Both the position numbers and the translations under genes were made by a program. A stretch of 64,000 nucleotides of DNA from Alphaproteobacteria bacterium (lineage in GTDB: Bacteria > Pseudomonadota > Alphaproteobacteria > Rickettsiales > SXRF01): assembly GCA_033763775.1 (NCBI GenBank), contig JANRJW010000005.1, positions 9,230 through 73,229 of the forward strand, given 5' to 3'. The notes below the pieces were generated by a model that was given only the letters and a program-made list of their open reading frames with translations, was not told where the DNA came from and ran no database searches. This document shows positions 10,891 through 21,909 of this stretch, piece after piece (within the stretch, counting starts at the first letter, position 1; the number at the start of each line of letters is the position of its first letter).

Positions 10891-12246
10891 GTGGTTTCCC
10901 CCATGCTGGCTGATGACTTGAGTCATATTCAGGAGGTGCGTGTTTCGGGCACGGTGACTGCGGTTCTCGGCATGCTCATTGAATGTAGCGGCATGGAGAG
11001 GCTTCTGTCTGTGGGCGCGCGCTGCCGTGTCGTTGGCACAGCACGGCCAGGTATTAAAACGCCAGAGATGATGGCCGAGGTGGTGGGGTTCGGTGAAAAT
11101 AAAGCGCTGCTCATGCCGTTTGATTCGCTGGAAGGTATCGGCCCTGGCGCGAAGGTCTATCTCGAAGAGTCAGCTTCCGTCGTTTATCCTTCGGATGCAT
11201 GGCTCGGCCGCGTGATTAACGCCATGGGCGAGCCGGTGGACGGGCAGGGGCCGCTGCCGCGGGGAGGCGCGCCCTATCTGCTGCGCAGCCATCCGCCCGA
11301 TGCCCATTCACGCCAGCGTGTCAAGGGTAAGCTCAACCTTGGCGTGCGTGCGATTAACACGTTTCTTTCGTGCTGCCGCGGCCAGCGTATGGGTATTTTT
11401 GCCGGCTCCGGAGTGGGTAAATCGATCCTGATGTCCATGCTCGCGCGCAGCTCACAGGCGGATGTGAACGTCATCGGCCTCATCGGTGAGCGCTCGCGTG
11501 AGCTGCAGGAATTCATTGAAGATGATCTGGGTGAGGAGGGGCTGAAGCGCTCGGTCATCATCGTTGCCACCTCGAGCGAATATGCGCTGCTTCGCCGGCA
11601 GGCTGCCTACATGACCATGTCGGTGGCGGAATATTTCCGTGATCAGGGTAAAGACGTTTTATGTCTGATGGACTCGGTCACGCGTTTCGCGATGGCGCAG
11701 CGCGAAATTGGTCTTTCAGCAGGGGAACCCCCTACCAGTAAGGGGTATACCCCTACCGTGTTTGCTGAGCTGCCCAAACTGCTGGAGCGTGCTGGCCCGG
11801 GTAAGAAGGGGCAGGGCAGCATCACTGGCCTATTTACAGTGCTGGTGGAAGGCGATGATACCAACGAACCTATCTCCGACACAGTGCGCGGTATTCTGGA
11901 TGGCCATATTATTCTCGATCGTGCTATTGCGCAGCGCGGGCGCTATCCTGCGATTAATATTCTGAAAAGCGTCTCGCGTACCATGCCCGATTGCAATAGC
12001 GAGCAGGAAAATGCGCTGATTCGTGTGGCACGCGGTATGCTATCTACTTATGAGGACATGGCGGAGATGATCCGCCTCGGCGCCTATAAAAAAGGCACCA
12101 CCCCCGAGGTTGATCAGGCGATGAATTATTACCCGGCGATTGAGCGTTTCCTAAGCCAGCGCAAGGACGAAAAAACCAGCCTTGACGAGGGCTATGACCA
12201 GCTCGCCGCGGTGTTGGGGATCAAGGATTGGCGCGGCAGTAAATAG
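10891..12246 (+). CDS. fliI: Flagellum-specific ATPase FliI
   Basis: Walker [12 protein letters not shown], Walker [13 protein letters not shown], and the F1/T3SS ATPase pattern ([15 protein letters not shown]). The start may instead be the ATG at 10903. Confidence 0.9.
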   Translation: MVSPMLADDLSHIQEVRVSGTVTAVLGMLIECSGMERLLSVGARCRVVGTARPGIKTPEMMAEVVGFGENKALLMPFDSLEGIGPGAKVYLEESASVVYPSDAWLGRVINAMGEPVDGQGPLPRGGAPYLLRSHPPDAHSRQRVKGKLNLGVRAINTFLSCCRGQRMGIFAGSGVGKSILMSMLARSSQADVNVIGLIGERSRELQEFIEDDLGEEGLKRSVIIVATSSEYALLRRQAAYMTMSVAEYFRDQGKDVLCLMDSVTRFAMAQREIGLSAGEPPTSKGYTPTVFAELPKLLERAGPGKKGQGSITGLFTVLVEGDDTNEPISDTVRGILDGHIILDRAIAQRGRYPAINILKSVSRTMPDCNSEQENALIRVARGMLSTYEDMAEMIRLGAYKKGTTPEVDQAMNYYPAIERFLSQRKDEKTSLDEGYDQLAAVLGIKDWRGSK

Positions 12247-12247
12247 A

Positions 12248-12328
12248 GTGGACGGTGGACGGCGGACGGTGGACAGTATACAATAAACTGATCATTTTTT
12301 TGTCCACTGTTTACCGTTTGCTGTCCGC
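12248..12328 (+). repeat. Heptad-repeat hairpin in the fliI-fliJ spacer
   Basis: GTGGACG GTGGACG GCGGACG GTGGACA (12248-12275) faces TGTCCAC TGTTTAC CGTTTGC TGTCCGC (12301-12328). Allowing G-U pairs, about 27 of 28 positions pair, and only in the + strand transcript. Confidence 0.55.
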
Positions 12329-12331
12329 CGT

Positions 12332-12760
12332 ATGAAAGGCCTCTTAACGCTTATCAAACTATCCAAGCGCCGGCTCGATGAGCTCCGCCGCAAGCTCGGC
12401 AATCTCGAAGGCCAGAAAGCGCAATTGGAAGAAGTGCTGCGCAGCTTGTCTGCTGAGCTGGCAAAAGAGCTTGAACTAGCGGGAGGGCAACCAGAGATGA
12501 GCGGCTTTTTTGGCGGGTTTGCCAAGCGTATTCAGCAGCGTCAGGACGCCATTCATCAGGAGATTAAAAAGATAGAAATCGAGATCACCAAAACGCGTGA
12601 TGAAATTTCTGATGCATTCAGCGAACAGAAAAAATATGAGATAGCTGCGGATAATGCCAAGAAGCGCGCCGCCGAAGAACAAAACCGCAAAGAAACGCTC
12701 GCGCTTGATGAAGTCGCTGAGCAGCAACACCGCCGAAAAAACAAAGAGGAAAATGCCTGA
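12332..12760 (+). CDS. fliJ: Flagellar export protein FliJ
   Basis: 142-aa coiled-coil protein directly after fliI (RRLDELRRKLGNLEGQKAQLEE...). Size, position and charge pattern are typical of alphaproteobacterial FliJ. Confidence 0.7.
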   Translation: MKGLLTLIKLSKRRLDELRRKLGNLEGQKAQLEEVLRSLSAELAKELELAGGQPEMSGFFGGFAKRIQQRQDAIHQEIKKIEIEITKTRDEISDAFSEQKKYEIAADNAKKRAAEEQNRKETLALDEVAEQQHRRKNKEENA

Positions 12761-14031
12761 TGTTCCTGCTTGCCACCCGCCGCTTTGCGCCACTTTTTAT
12801 CACGCAGTTTCTCGGTGCCTTTAACGACAATATTTTTAAAAATGCCCTCGTGATGTTCATCACCTACAAGCTGGCAACGCATGAATCCGGCAATGCACAA
12901 ATTCTGGTGACGCTGGCAGGCGCACTCTTCATCCTGCCTTATTTTTTGTTTTCGGCGATGGCTGGTCAGTTCGCCGACAAATACGATCGCGCGCGCATCG
13001 CCCGCATCACTAAAGTATGGGAGATGGTGGTGGTGGCTGTGGCGGCCGTGGGGCTTTATAGCGGCCATGCCTATTTCATGTTGTTTGTGCTGTTTTGTTT
13101 TGGCGTGCAATCAACTTTCTTCGGGCCAGTGAAATACACGCTGCTGCCGCAGCACCTTCATGAGAATGAACTCATCGCCGGCAATGCATATATCGAAGCC
13201 GGAACGTTTCTTGCCATTCTGCTCGGCACCATCCTTGGCGGCATCCTGATCATGACGCAGGGCGGTGAGCATCTGGTGGTGGCGGCGATGGTTGTGGTGT
13301 CGGTAGCGGGGTATCTTGCCAGCCGCTACATACCCCCAGCGCCAGCCCCCAGCCCGCAGCTTAAAGTCGGCTATCATATTGTGCGCGAAACCTGGGTGAT
13401 GGTATCGCATGACCGCGAAAACCGCCGCGTGTTCAGAAGCATCATTGGCATTTCGTGGTTCTGGCTCGTGGGCGCGACGTTTCTTTCGCAGTTCCCGACT
13501 TACGCAAAAGATATATTACTCGCTGACGAAACGCTTGTGACATTATTCCTCACAGTCTTTTCTGTGGGCATCGGGATTGGATCATTCGCCTGCAATGCAC
13601 TGCTGAGGGGTAAGGTCAGCGCTGCCTATACGCCATGGGCGGCCGCCGGGATCACGCTATTTACGCTGGATCTTGTGCTGGCAAGCGCCGGTGCCGCACG
13701 CGGCACACCGGACGCGCTGATCTCCGCAGGCCAGTTTCTCGCGCACGCAGCCAACTGGCGTATCCTGTTTGATATGCTGATGGTCGCCATCTGCGGCGGC
13801 ATCTTCGTCGTGCCGCTTTATTCCATCATGCAGCATGATAGCGCGCCCGAAAGCCGCGCGCGCACCATCGCCACGAATAATGTGATGAATGCGCTTTTCA
13901 TGGTGGCGGCGGCGCTCGTGACCGTGCTGCTGCTGGAGATGAATCTATCGGTGCCGCAGGTGTTTGGCGTGCTTGCACTCGCCAATGGGCTGGTGGCGCT
14001 GTATTGCCGCAGGCTTACGCGGCCTGCTTAA
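12760..14031 (+). CDS. MFS transporter, LplT-like (lysophospholipid transporter family)
   Basis: 423 aa, about 12 TM helices. The N-terminal RRFAPLFITQFLGAFNDNIFKNAL is typical of LplT / Aas-associated MFS domains. The start overlaps the fliJ stop by 1 nt. Confidence 0.7.
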   Translation: MFLLATRRFAPLFITQFLGAFNDNIFKNALVMFITYKLATHESGNAQILVTLAGALFILPYFLFSAMAGQFADKYDRARIARITKVWEMVVVAVAAVGLYSGHAYFMLFVLFCFGVQSTFFGPVKYTLLPQHLHENELIAGNAYIEAGTFLAILLGTILGGILIMTQGGEHLVVAAMVVVSVAGYLASRYIPPAPAPSPQLKVGYHIVRETWVMVSHDRENRRVFRSIIGISWFWLVGATFLSQFPTYAKDILLADETLVTLFLTVFSVGIGIGSFACNALLRGKVSAAYTPWAAAGITLFTLDLVLASAGAARGTPDALISAGQFLAHAANWRILFDMLMVAICGGIFVVPLYSIMQHDSAPESRARTIATNNVMNALFMVAAALVTVLLLEMNLSVPQVFGVLALANGLVALYCRRLTRPA

Positions 14032-14326
14032 ACAGCTCTTCCAGCTCGGCCACTTTTTCTGCGCGGTTTTTCTTTTTATCCAGCTGCACCACCTCATCAA
14101 GCGCGGCTTCAAGATGCGCGCGCACAATGCGTGATTCAATGGCGCGCAGGCCGGAATGAATCGCCTTGCATTGAATCAGCACATCGCTGAGCTTGCGGCC
14201 ATCTTGCATCATCTTGCAGATGCCGTCGATCTGGCCGTTGATCCGGTTCAGCCGTTTGATTTCGTCGCCGAAATCAATGGCTGATTTCTGCTGCTGTTTT
14301 TTTTCTTTTTTATCTTTTTTTGCCAT
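14015..14326 (-). CDS. CsoR/RcnR/FrmR-family (DUF156) metal-sensor-like repressor, non-canonical ligand set
   Basis: RLNRINGQIDGICKMM...DVLIQCKAIHSGLRAIESRIVRAHLEAAL aligns with the CsoR helix bundle. There is a Lys-rich N-terminal tail, and SD GGGAGGGG lies upstream. Confidence 0.75.
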   Translation of the reverse strand: MAKKDKKEKKQQQKSAIDFGDEIKRLNRINGQIDGICKMMQDGRKLSDVLIQCKAIHSGLRAIESRIVRAHLEAALDEVVQLDKKKNRAEKVAELEELFKQAA

Positions 14327-14425
14327 ATACCCCTCCCTGAAACGTGGACTACCTCTATAGGGTATAAATGCGCGCCATGCAATTGCTGCGTGGGGGAGTG
14401 GGAAAAACCCTTGTCATTAAGGGGG

Positions 14426-14454
14426 TTGACAACGGTTCGTTTGCCACTTAATTT
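14426..14454 (+). promoter_or_regulatory. Sigma-70-type promoter of tRNA-Ala(GGC)
   Basis: TTGACA-N17-TAATTT ends 17 nt before the mature tRNA 5' end. The same -10 hexamer occurs in front of the second tRNA-Ala (60930-60957). Confidence 0.55.
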
Positions 14455-14471
14455 CACCATCCCTTTGGATT

Positions 14472-14548
<77 letters not shown>

Positions 14549-15026
14549 TTCCACCCTAGTGGAGTGGAAATAGAACCGGCCACTTTCTATAATTGGAAGA
14601 GATGCTTATATTCTCTTTTCAGTATCACTGACTTAGGAGTTAGCCAGGCATCTTGCCCATTAGTTCCGGCTGAAACGGGGACAGCTACCGGGTATGGCTT
14701 GCCAGACACTAAGGTCTGAACAATAAAAACTTCTCTTAAGCCTCTGTTTCCGGGAATTATAAATGGTGGGTTCTGCATCTCCACGCATAGACAATCAAAG
14801 TCAACCCCTCTCGTTTTCGCGGCTGATACGGCGTGTTTTTTCCAAAGTATTGGTAAGTTCTGAGTCATGAATTCAGTCTATATCAAAACCCTCGAGAAAA
14901 CAAATTACCCCCTACTTAAACTTTACAATTAAGAAAAAATAGTCCAACTTTATGCAGTCCTTGATATACCAATATACATGATTGAAGTAATTTCACCGCA
15001 GCCCACCATTAACGATAAAAATTGAT

Positions 15027-15554
15027 ATGAAGAAGAGCTTTTTATTTTTTTCACTACTCATATCGGTGACTGCCTGTATGGTTAAAACGCCTCTTGATGA
15101 TATGACCCCACAACAGCTATCCGCACTTCCCGCTAAAGAGCTGTGTTATTGGGCAAACCTTGGTGATACTGTTGCAATCCCAGAAGCAAGAAGAAGGCAG
15201 GTTAATTGTGCACCTGAATATTTGTATTGTGTAGACAACGGATTCAAACCCGGTTCGAAGAACTTTCTTGAATGCATAAGTAAATATAACCAGTCCGCTG
15301 CTGCGGAACGAGCACAAAAGCAGCAATATTACCAAGAACAGGAACAACTAAGGCGCGATGCAGAAGTGTGCAACTACAGCACACGTGCTTATGCTACCCA
15401 ACCTGGAGGAGATTTTAACGACTGTATACAAAAACTTAAATACTATCGTGCAAATCCTTCCGCACCACCAATCTACACGCCACCCCCTACTCAAAACACT
15501 CAACACACGACATGCGAAATAATTGCTGGTAGATTGGAATGCACTACAAGATAA
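15027..15554 (+). CDS. Hypothetical lipoprotein (low-GC islet)
   Basis: MKKSFLFFSLLISVTAC has a lipobox-like SVTA-C. 175 aa, Cys-rich, and AT-rich codon usage unlike the neighbouring genes. Confidence 0.55.
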   Translation: MKKSFLFFSLLISVTACMVKTPLDDMTPQQLSALPAKELCYWANLGDTVAIPEARRRQVNCAPEYLYCVDNGFKPGSKNFLECISKYNQSAAAERAQKQQYYQEQEQLRRDAEVCNYSTRAYATQPGGDFNDCIQKLKYYRANPSAPPIYTPPPTQNTQHTTCEIIAGRLECTTR

Positions 15555-15686
15555 AAACTGTATAGCTATACAACAAGATCTTCGTGTAGAAACATCATCC
15601 TAATACTATGCAATCCCTCTAAGGATTAGTACGCTCGGCTCGATCTTATTCCACTACAGTCCACCATTTATCAGTATTGTATCGAT

Positions 15687-17458
<1,772 letters not shown>

Positions 17459-17459
<1 letters not shown>

Positions 17460-17968
17460 TATAACGACAGATGTCGTTCCAGTTGCCCTAGGCGCTCCAG
17501 CTCTTCGTTGGTAAGTCGTCCATCACGGATGACCAACTTATTCGCCAGTTCAACAAACTTCTTCAGCAAATCATTCGCAAGGATGCGATTGCCGTGATGC
17601 CCCTCTACCCAGTCTCTCAACACGCGCTGACTTAGCAGAATTGGTGTACTGCCGTCTTCTTTTGTTAGCTGCTCAGCAAGCGAGCTATCGATAGCAGCCA
17701 GCTCATAATCATAAGGCATGTGATCATACTCAGTACGAAGGCACGCAACCATTTCAGAAAGCAATTTATTTTCGAGCGCGCGTGATACCTGATCGGCCGC
17801 TAACATGTAGCTGCCGACTTTTATGACATCTGCAGCGAGGCAATCTTCGGGTTTTTGTGGCAGTTGGGGATCGCTTTGCCCACCTAACCAAAGCTGATAA
17901 ACAGGGGTAAAGCTGGCGACCATTTGATCAATGGTTTTTTTGAGTTCTGGATCGATCATCAAGGCCAT
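17459..17968 (-). CDS. Hypothetical cytoplasmic protein translationally coupled to lepA and the ABC exporter
   Basis: 169-aa ORF. SD TAGGAG overlaps the lepA stop codon, and its own stop overlaps the ABC start (TAATG). There is only a weak TerB-like flavour (VIRDGRLTNEELERL). Confidence 0.55.
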
Positions 17969-17976
17969 AAAATCTC

Positions 17977-19779
17977 CTATTCATCACCCATTTTTAGCGC
18001 AGAGAGGAAGGCGCTTTGGGGGATATTCACGTTGCCGATCTCGCGCATTTTCTTTTTACCTTTTTTCTGCTTTTCAAGCAGTTTGCGTTTGCGCGTCACG
18101 TCGCCGCCGTAACATTTCGCGAGGACGTCTTTGCGCAGCGCTGAAATGGTTTCACGCGCGATGATCTTGCCGCCGATTGCTGCCTGAATGGGAATCGCGA
18201 ACATATGTTTGGGAATCAGGTCTTTCAGGCGCTCGCACAGCCTGCGGCCACGGAAGTCCGCCTGCGTGCGGTGGACGATGAGTGCCAGCGCATCTACCGG
18301 CTCGCCGTTCACCAGAATGTTCATTTTCACGAGGTCGGATTCCTGATAGCCCGCCATCTCGTAATCGAAGCTGGCATAGCCTTTGGAGCAGCTTTTCAGG
18401 CGATCGTAAAAATCAAACACCACTTCGTTCAGCGGCAGCTTGTAGACCAGCATGGCACGCGAGCCGACATAGGTGAGTGTTTCCTGAATGCCGCGTTTTT
18501 CTGTGCACAGCGCGAGGATGTTGCCAAGGTAATCATCCGGCGTCATGATGGTCGCTTTGATCCACGGCTCTTCAATATGCTCGATTTTCGTGACATCCGG
18601 CATGTCATTCGGGTTGTGCAGCTCGATCGACTCGCCGTCGGTCAGCATGATGCGGTAGACAACGCTCGGGGCGGTGGTGATCAGGTCAAGATCAAACTCG
18701 CGCTCGAGGCGCTCCTGGATAATCTCCAGATGCAGCATGCCAAGAAAGCCGCAGCGAAAACCAAAACCGAGCGCGGTCGAGCTTTCGGTTTCAAACTCAA
18801 AGCTGGCATCATTCAGGCGCAGCTTGCCAAGGGAGTCTTTGAGGTGTTCAAAGTCGCCAGCATCGGTGGGGTATAGCCCGCAGAACACCACCGACTGCGA
18901 TGGCTTAAAACCGGGCAGGGGGGATTCGGCCGGGCGGCGTTCCTCGGTAATGGTATCGCCCACACGGCAATCCGCAACCAGCTTGATGCCGGTGATGATA
19001 TACCCTACCTCCCCGGGGTATAATGACTCCACGGGTATTTTCTTCGGCGTAAACACACCAAGCTGTTCCACGGTGTGGGCGGCGCCGGTGGCCATCATGC
19101 GGATTTTAGCGCCTTTGGAGAGTGTACCCTCCATTACACGCACCAGAATAATCACGCCGAGATAGGTATCATACCAGCTATCCACCAGCAGTGCCTTAAG
19201 AGGCAGGCTGGCATCACCTTTAGGCGCAGGAAGGCGCGTGACAATCGCTTCCAGAATATCTTCAATGCCAATGCCCGCTTTCGCAGAGATGGGCACGGCC
19301 TCTGAGGCATCGATGCCAATCACATCTTCAATCTGCTGCTTGGCGCGGAGGGTGTCCGCGGCGGGCAGGTCAATTTTATTTAAGACCGGTACCAACTCAT
19401 GGCCGGAGTCCATGGCCTTATAGACGTTGGCAAGGGTTTGTGCTTCCACCCCCTGCGATGCATCGACCACCAGCAGCGACCCCTCACAGGCAGCCAGGCA
19501 GCGCGACACTTCATAGCCGAAATCCACATGTCCGGGTGTATCCATCAGGTTCAGAACGTAGGTTTTGCCATCCTTGGCCTTATATTTCAGGCGTACTGTT
19601 TGTGCTTTGATGGTGATACCGCGCTCTTTTTCAATCTCCATGGAGTCGAGCACCTGCTCGGTCATTTCGCGTTTTTCCAGCCCGCCGCAAAACTCGATCA
19701 AACGGTCGGCGAGTGTCGACTTACCGTGATCAATATGGGCAATGATGGAAAAATTTCGGATGAGGGAAAGGTCGGTCAT
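17977..19779 (-). CDS. lepA: Elongation factor 4 (LepA)
   Basis: [34 protein letters not shown] and the conserved LepA C-terminal domain ([32 protein letters not shown]). Confidence 0.95.
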   Translation of the reverse strand: MTDLSLIRNFSIIAHIDHGKSTLADRLIEFCGGLEKREMTEQVLDSMEIEKERGITIKAQTVRLKYKAKDGKTYVLNLMDTPGHVDFGYEVSRCLAACEGSLLVVDASQGVEAQTLANVYKAMDSGHELVPVLNKIDLPAADTLRAKQQIEDVIGIDASEAVPISAKAGIGIEDILEAIVTRLPAPKGDASLPLKALLVDSWYDTYLGVIILVRVMEGTLSKGAKIRMMATGAAHTVEQLGVFTPKKIPVESLYPGEVGYIITGIKLVADCRVGDTITEERRPAESPLPGFKPSQSVVFCGLYPTDAGDFEHLKDSLGKLRLNDASFEFETESSTALGFGFRCGFLGMLHLEIIQERLEREFDLDLITTAPSVVYRIMLTDGESIELHNPNDMPDVTKIEHIEEPWIKATIMTPDDYLGNILALCTEKRGIQETLTYVGSRAMLVYKLPLNEVVFDFYDRLKSCSKGYASFDYEMAGYQESDLVKMNILVNGEPVDALALIVHRTQADFRGRRLCERLKDLIPKHMFAIPIQAAIGGKIIARETISALRKDVLAKCYGGDVTRKRKLLEKQKKGKKKMREIGNVNIPQSAFLSALKMGDE

Positions 19780-19876
19780 AGAAGTGAGATGATTGGATGT
19801 TTGGATGATTTGATTATTCGATTAGTGCTTAAACCTCAACATTTAAACATCTATTCATCTAATAATCCAATCATCA

Positions 19877-19909
19877 TCTCGCAAACACTGCCACCAGCTT
19901 CAGATGCGC
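19877..19909. repeat. Upstream copy of a 33-nt imperfect direct repeat (relic of the rumA-like 3' end)
   Basis: ATCTCGCAAACACTGCCAC is identical to 20362-20380, and 10 of the next 14 nt match. Read on the minus strand it encodes HLKLVAVFAR-stop, compared with HLEIVAVFAR-stop in the real gene end. Confidence 0.65.
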
Positions 19910-19923
19910 AGCAACTTATCTTC

Positions 19924-19964
19924 TCCCTCTCCTGCTTTAGCGGTGCAGGGGCGGGAGAGGGTAG
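19924..19964. repeat. Degenerate hairpin related to the CCCTCTCC/GGAGAGGG palindromic family
   Basis: CCCTCTCCTGC (19926-19936) pairs with GCAGG (19946-19950) and GGAGAGGG (19955-19962). Confidence 0.4.
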
Positions 19965-20079
19965 CTATCTTTGAAACACAGTTACCATCAACAGAAATGT
20001 TTGCTGCAAGAAATAAGCATTGAAAACGCTTCTTAAGTGATGTTAATTATTGGCAATAAACTAAGTTTTTGGAGGAGTT

Positions 20080-20349
20080 ATGTTTTACACGGTTATGAAA
20101 CGACCATTCTATGATAAAGCTGATCCAGTTGACGTAAATCAATATTTTAAACCCGCATCGCTAGTGAGGCAAAGTTACTTTGACCTTAAATCCGCTGTAG
20201 AAGAATTAAAAGAAAGCTTGGATAACGGCGATAGAGCGAGCGCTAGAAAAATTGCCAAACAAGTAGCATCGCTTGTCCAAGATATCCAAGATGAATTGGA
20301 ACCTAGGAGGGGGCGTTCAAGTGGGCGGGAAAGAAGCAGATCAAGGTAA
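20080..20349 (+). CDS. Orphan 89-aa protein with an Arg/Ser-rich tail
   Basis: Strong SD GGAGGA lies 6 nt before the ATG. The ORF is AT-rich and sits inside the repeat-flanked insertion. No recognisable family. Confidence 0.5.
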   Translation: MFYTVMKRPFYDKADPVDVNQYFKPASLVRQSYFDLKSAVEELKESLDNGDRASARKIAKQVASLVQDIQDELEPRRGRSSGRERSRSR

Positions 20350-20359
20350 ATAAATCGTG

Positions 20360-21622
20360 TTATCTCGCAAACACTGCCACAATCTCCAAATGCGGGCTGT
20401 AGACGAACTGGTCGATCGCTTGCGCTGAAATAAGGCTGAAACCTGCCTGTTTCAGGATTTTGGCGTCGCGGGCGAAGCTCGCCGGGTTGCAGGAAACCAT
20501 GACCACACGGGATAAAGTGGATTTGGCGATTTCTTCTACTTGCGCCTTGGCGCCCGGGCGCGGCGGGTTGATGACCGCTGCATCAAAGCGCGCAAGCTCA
20601 CCCGCGCGCAGCGGCGCCGCAAATAAATCCCGCGTTTCGGCGCTAAGGCTCGTGATGCCCAGCTTTTTGGCCTGCTGCTTTAAGTTATGAGCCATGGTTT
20701 TATCCAGCTCGGCGCCATGCACCAAGGCTTTCTGGCTGAGCGGAAAGCTGTAGGTGCCAATGCCGCAGAAAAGATCCACCACGCTTCTCGCGCCCGCGCA
20801 GCCCGCGAGCACCGCTTCCACCAGCAACTCCTGCCCCTTACGGCTTGCCTGCAGAAAGGCATCTGGCGGCAGGGGAATATCATGGTTGCCAAGGCGCATG
20901 GTGATGGGGGTACGTTCAAAAAGAATCTCGCCATCCTTTGATAGGCGAGAGATGTTAAGAGTTTCTGCGAGCGCCATCATCCATTGACCCTCACCCGCTC
21001 GCAGGCTCGCTTCCCTCTCCCTATAAGGCAGAGGGGTAGGGTGAGGGTGTGACGTCGTCAGCGCCATCTCAATGCCGCTATCGGCCGCGGTCAGGCGAAT
21101 GGTTTTGATGCTGGCGCCATGCTGCCATTGTTGCAGCGTTTTGGCGAGTGGCGCAAGCAGCGCCGCAAGCTGCGGCTCAAGAATCAGGCAGCTATCAATG
21201 GGTACGAGGCGACGCGTCCGCGAAGCATAATAGGCGAAGCGCTCGCCGTCCCATTTCAGCTCCACGCGCCGGCGCGAGGCTGCCGGAAGAAAGATGATAT
21301 CGAGCGGCGTATCGGCAAAACCGGCATGCGCTAGCGCATCTGCCGCCACTTTGCGCTTATGCGCCTGATAGGTGCTTGTGCTTAGATGCTGCAGGCTGCA
21401 ACCGCCGCATGATCCATAGTGCTGGCAGGGCGGGTTGATACGCGAATCACCAGCTTTGATAATCTCTTCAATCTCGCCGCGGGAAAATTCCCTGGTTTCC
21501 TGGATCAGCCGAATGCGCAGCACATCACCCGTGGCTGCTTTTTCAACAAACACGGGCTTGCCATCAAGCTGGCCGATGCCATCGCCGAGGCCGCCCAGTG
21601 AGTTGATGTGGAGTTCAGGCAA
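20360..21622 (-). CDS. TrmA/RumA-family 23S rRNA (uracil-C5)-methyltransferase
   Basis: TRAM-like N-terminus, Fe-S Cys cluster CQHYGSCGGCSLQH, SAM motif VVDLFCGIGTYSFPL and catalytic MVSCNPASFARD. Confidence 0.85.
   Translation of the reverse strand: MPELHINSLGGLGDGIGQLDGKPVFVEKAATGDVLRIRLIQETREFSRGEIEEIIKAGDSRINPPCQHYGSCGGCSLQHLSTSTYQAHKRKVAADALAHAGFADTPLDIIFLPAASRRRVELKWDGERFAYYASRTRRLVPIDSCLILEPQLAALLAPLAKTLQQWQHGASIKTIRLTAADSGIEMALTTSHPHPTPLPYREREASLRAGEGQWMMALAETLNISRLSKDGEILFERTPITMRLGNHDIPLPPDAFLQASRKGQELLVEAVLAGCAGARSVVDLFCGIGTYSFPLSQKALVHGAELDKTMAHNLKQQAKKLGITSLSAETRDLFAAPLRAGELARFDAAVINPPRPGAKAQVEEIAKSTLSRVVMVSCNPASFARDAKILKQAGFSLISAQAIDQFVYSPHLEIVAVFAR
20362..20394. repeat. Downstream copy of the 33-nt direct repeat (true 3' end of the rumA-like gene)
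   Basis: See 19877-19909. Confidence 0.65.
20987..21048. repeat. 62-bp GGGTGAGGG-family palindromic element lying inside the rumA-like CDS
   Basis: ACCCTCACCC (20987-20996) and GGGTGAGGGT (21039-21048) are perfect inverted termini, with an inner CCCTCTCCC/CAGAGGGG hairpin. The architecture matches the intergenic copy at 48176-48239. Confidence 0.75.
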
Positions 21623-21818
21623 TGATGTCAGGATAAATCTGGTGTTCGAGACGGATAATCTCGTCGCGCAGCTGCAGCTTCATTTTCTTGAAGCGCTGTT
21701 TGGAAAATTCATCAATGCCGTTAAGTTTGATTTTTTCATCCAGTTCACGGTGCTGATCGCGGAGCGTTTCCAGCTGTTTTTGGAGCAAAAGGTCTTCGTT
21801 CATGGAATGAGTATCCAT
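21615..21818 (-). CDS. DUF465 (YdcH-like) small protein
   Basis: 67 aa. LETLRDQHRELDEKI...FKKMKLQLRDEIIRLE is the typical DUF465 pattern. 8-nt overlap with the downstream methyltransferase start. Confidence 0.7.
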   Translation of the reverse strand: MDTHSMNEDLLLQKQLETLRDQHRELDEKIKLNGIDEFSKQRFKKMKLQLRDEIIRLEHQIYPDIIA

Positions 21819-21909
21819 CTTAAGGTTTTGATCTATCGAAAGATGTGCGAATTATACCAAAAAATTCGCCAAAAGCCCACACTTTTATCACATTCTTAAG
21901 GCTTGGTTT

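Noticed and set aside
14587-14868. 93-aa ORF containing NPPF, considered as a fragment of an N6-adenine DNA methyltransferase (VD...NPPF resembles the SVDLIFADPPY motif IV region)
   Set aside because: The spacing between VD and NPPF is longer than in known beta-class MTases. There is no motif I and no partner gene, and the ORF is short. It might be a decayed remnant, but the evidence is too weak to call.
15650-15672. Possible attR duplication of the tRNA-Ala 3' end (GTCCACCATTT versus CTCCACCAATT) at the far edge of the low-GC islet
   Set aside because: Only about 8-9 nt match, which is not distinguishable from chance. A similar weak match exists at about 14990.
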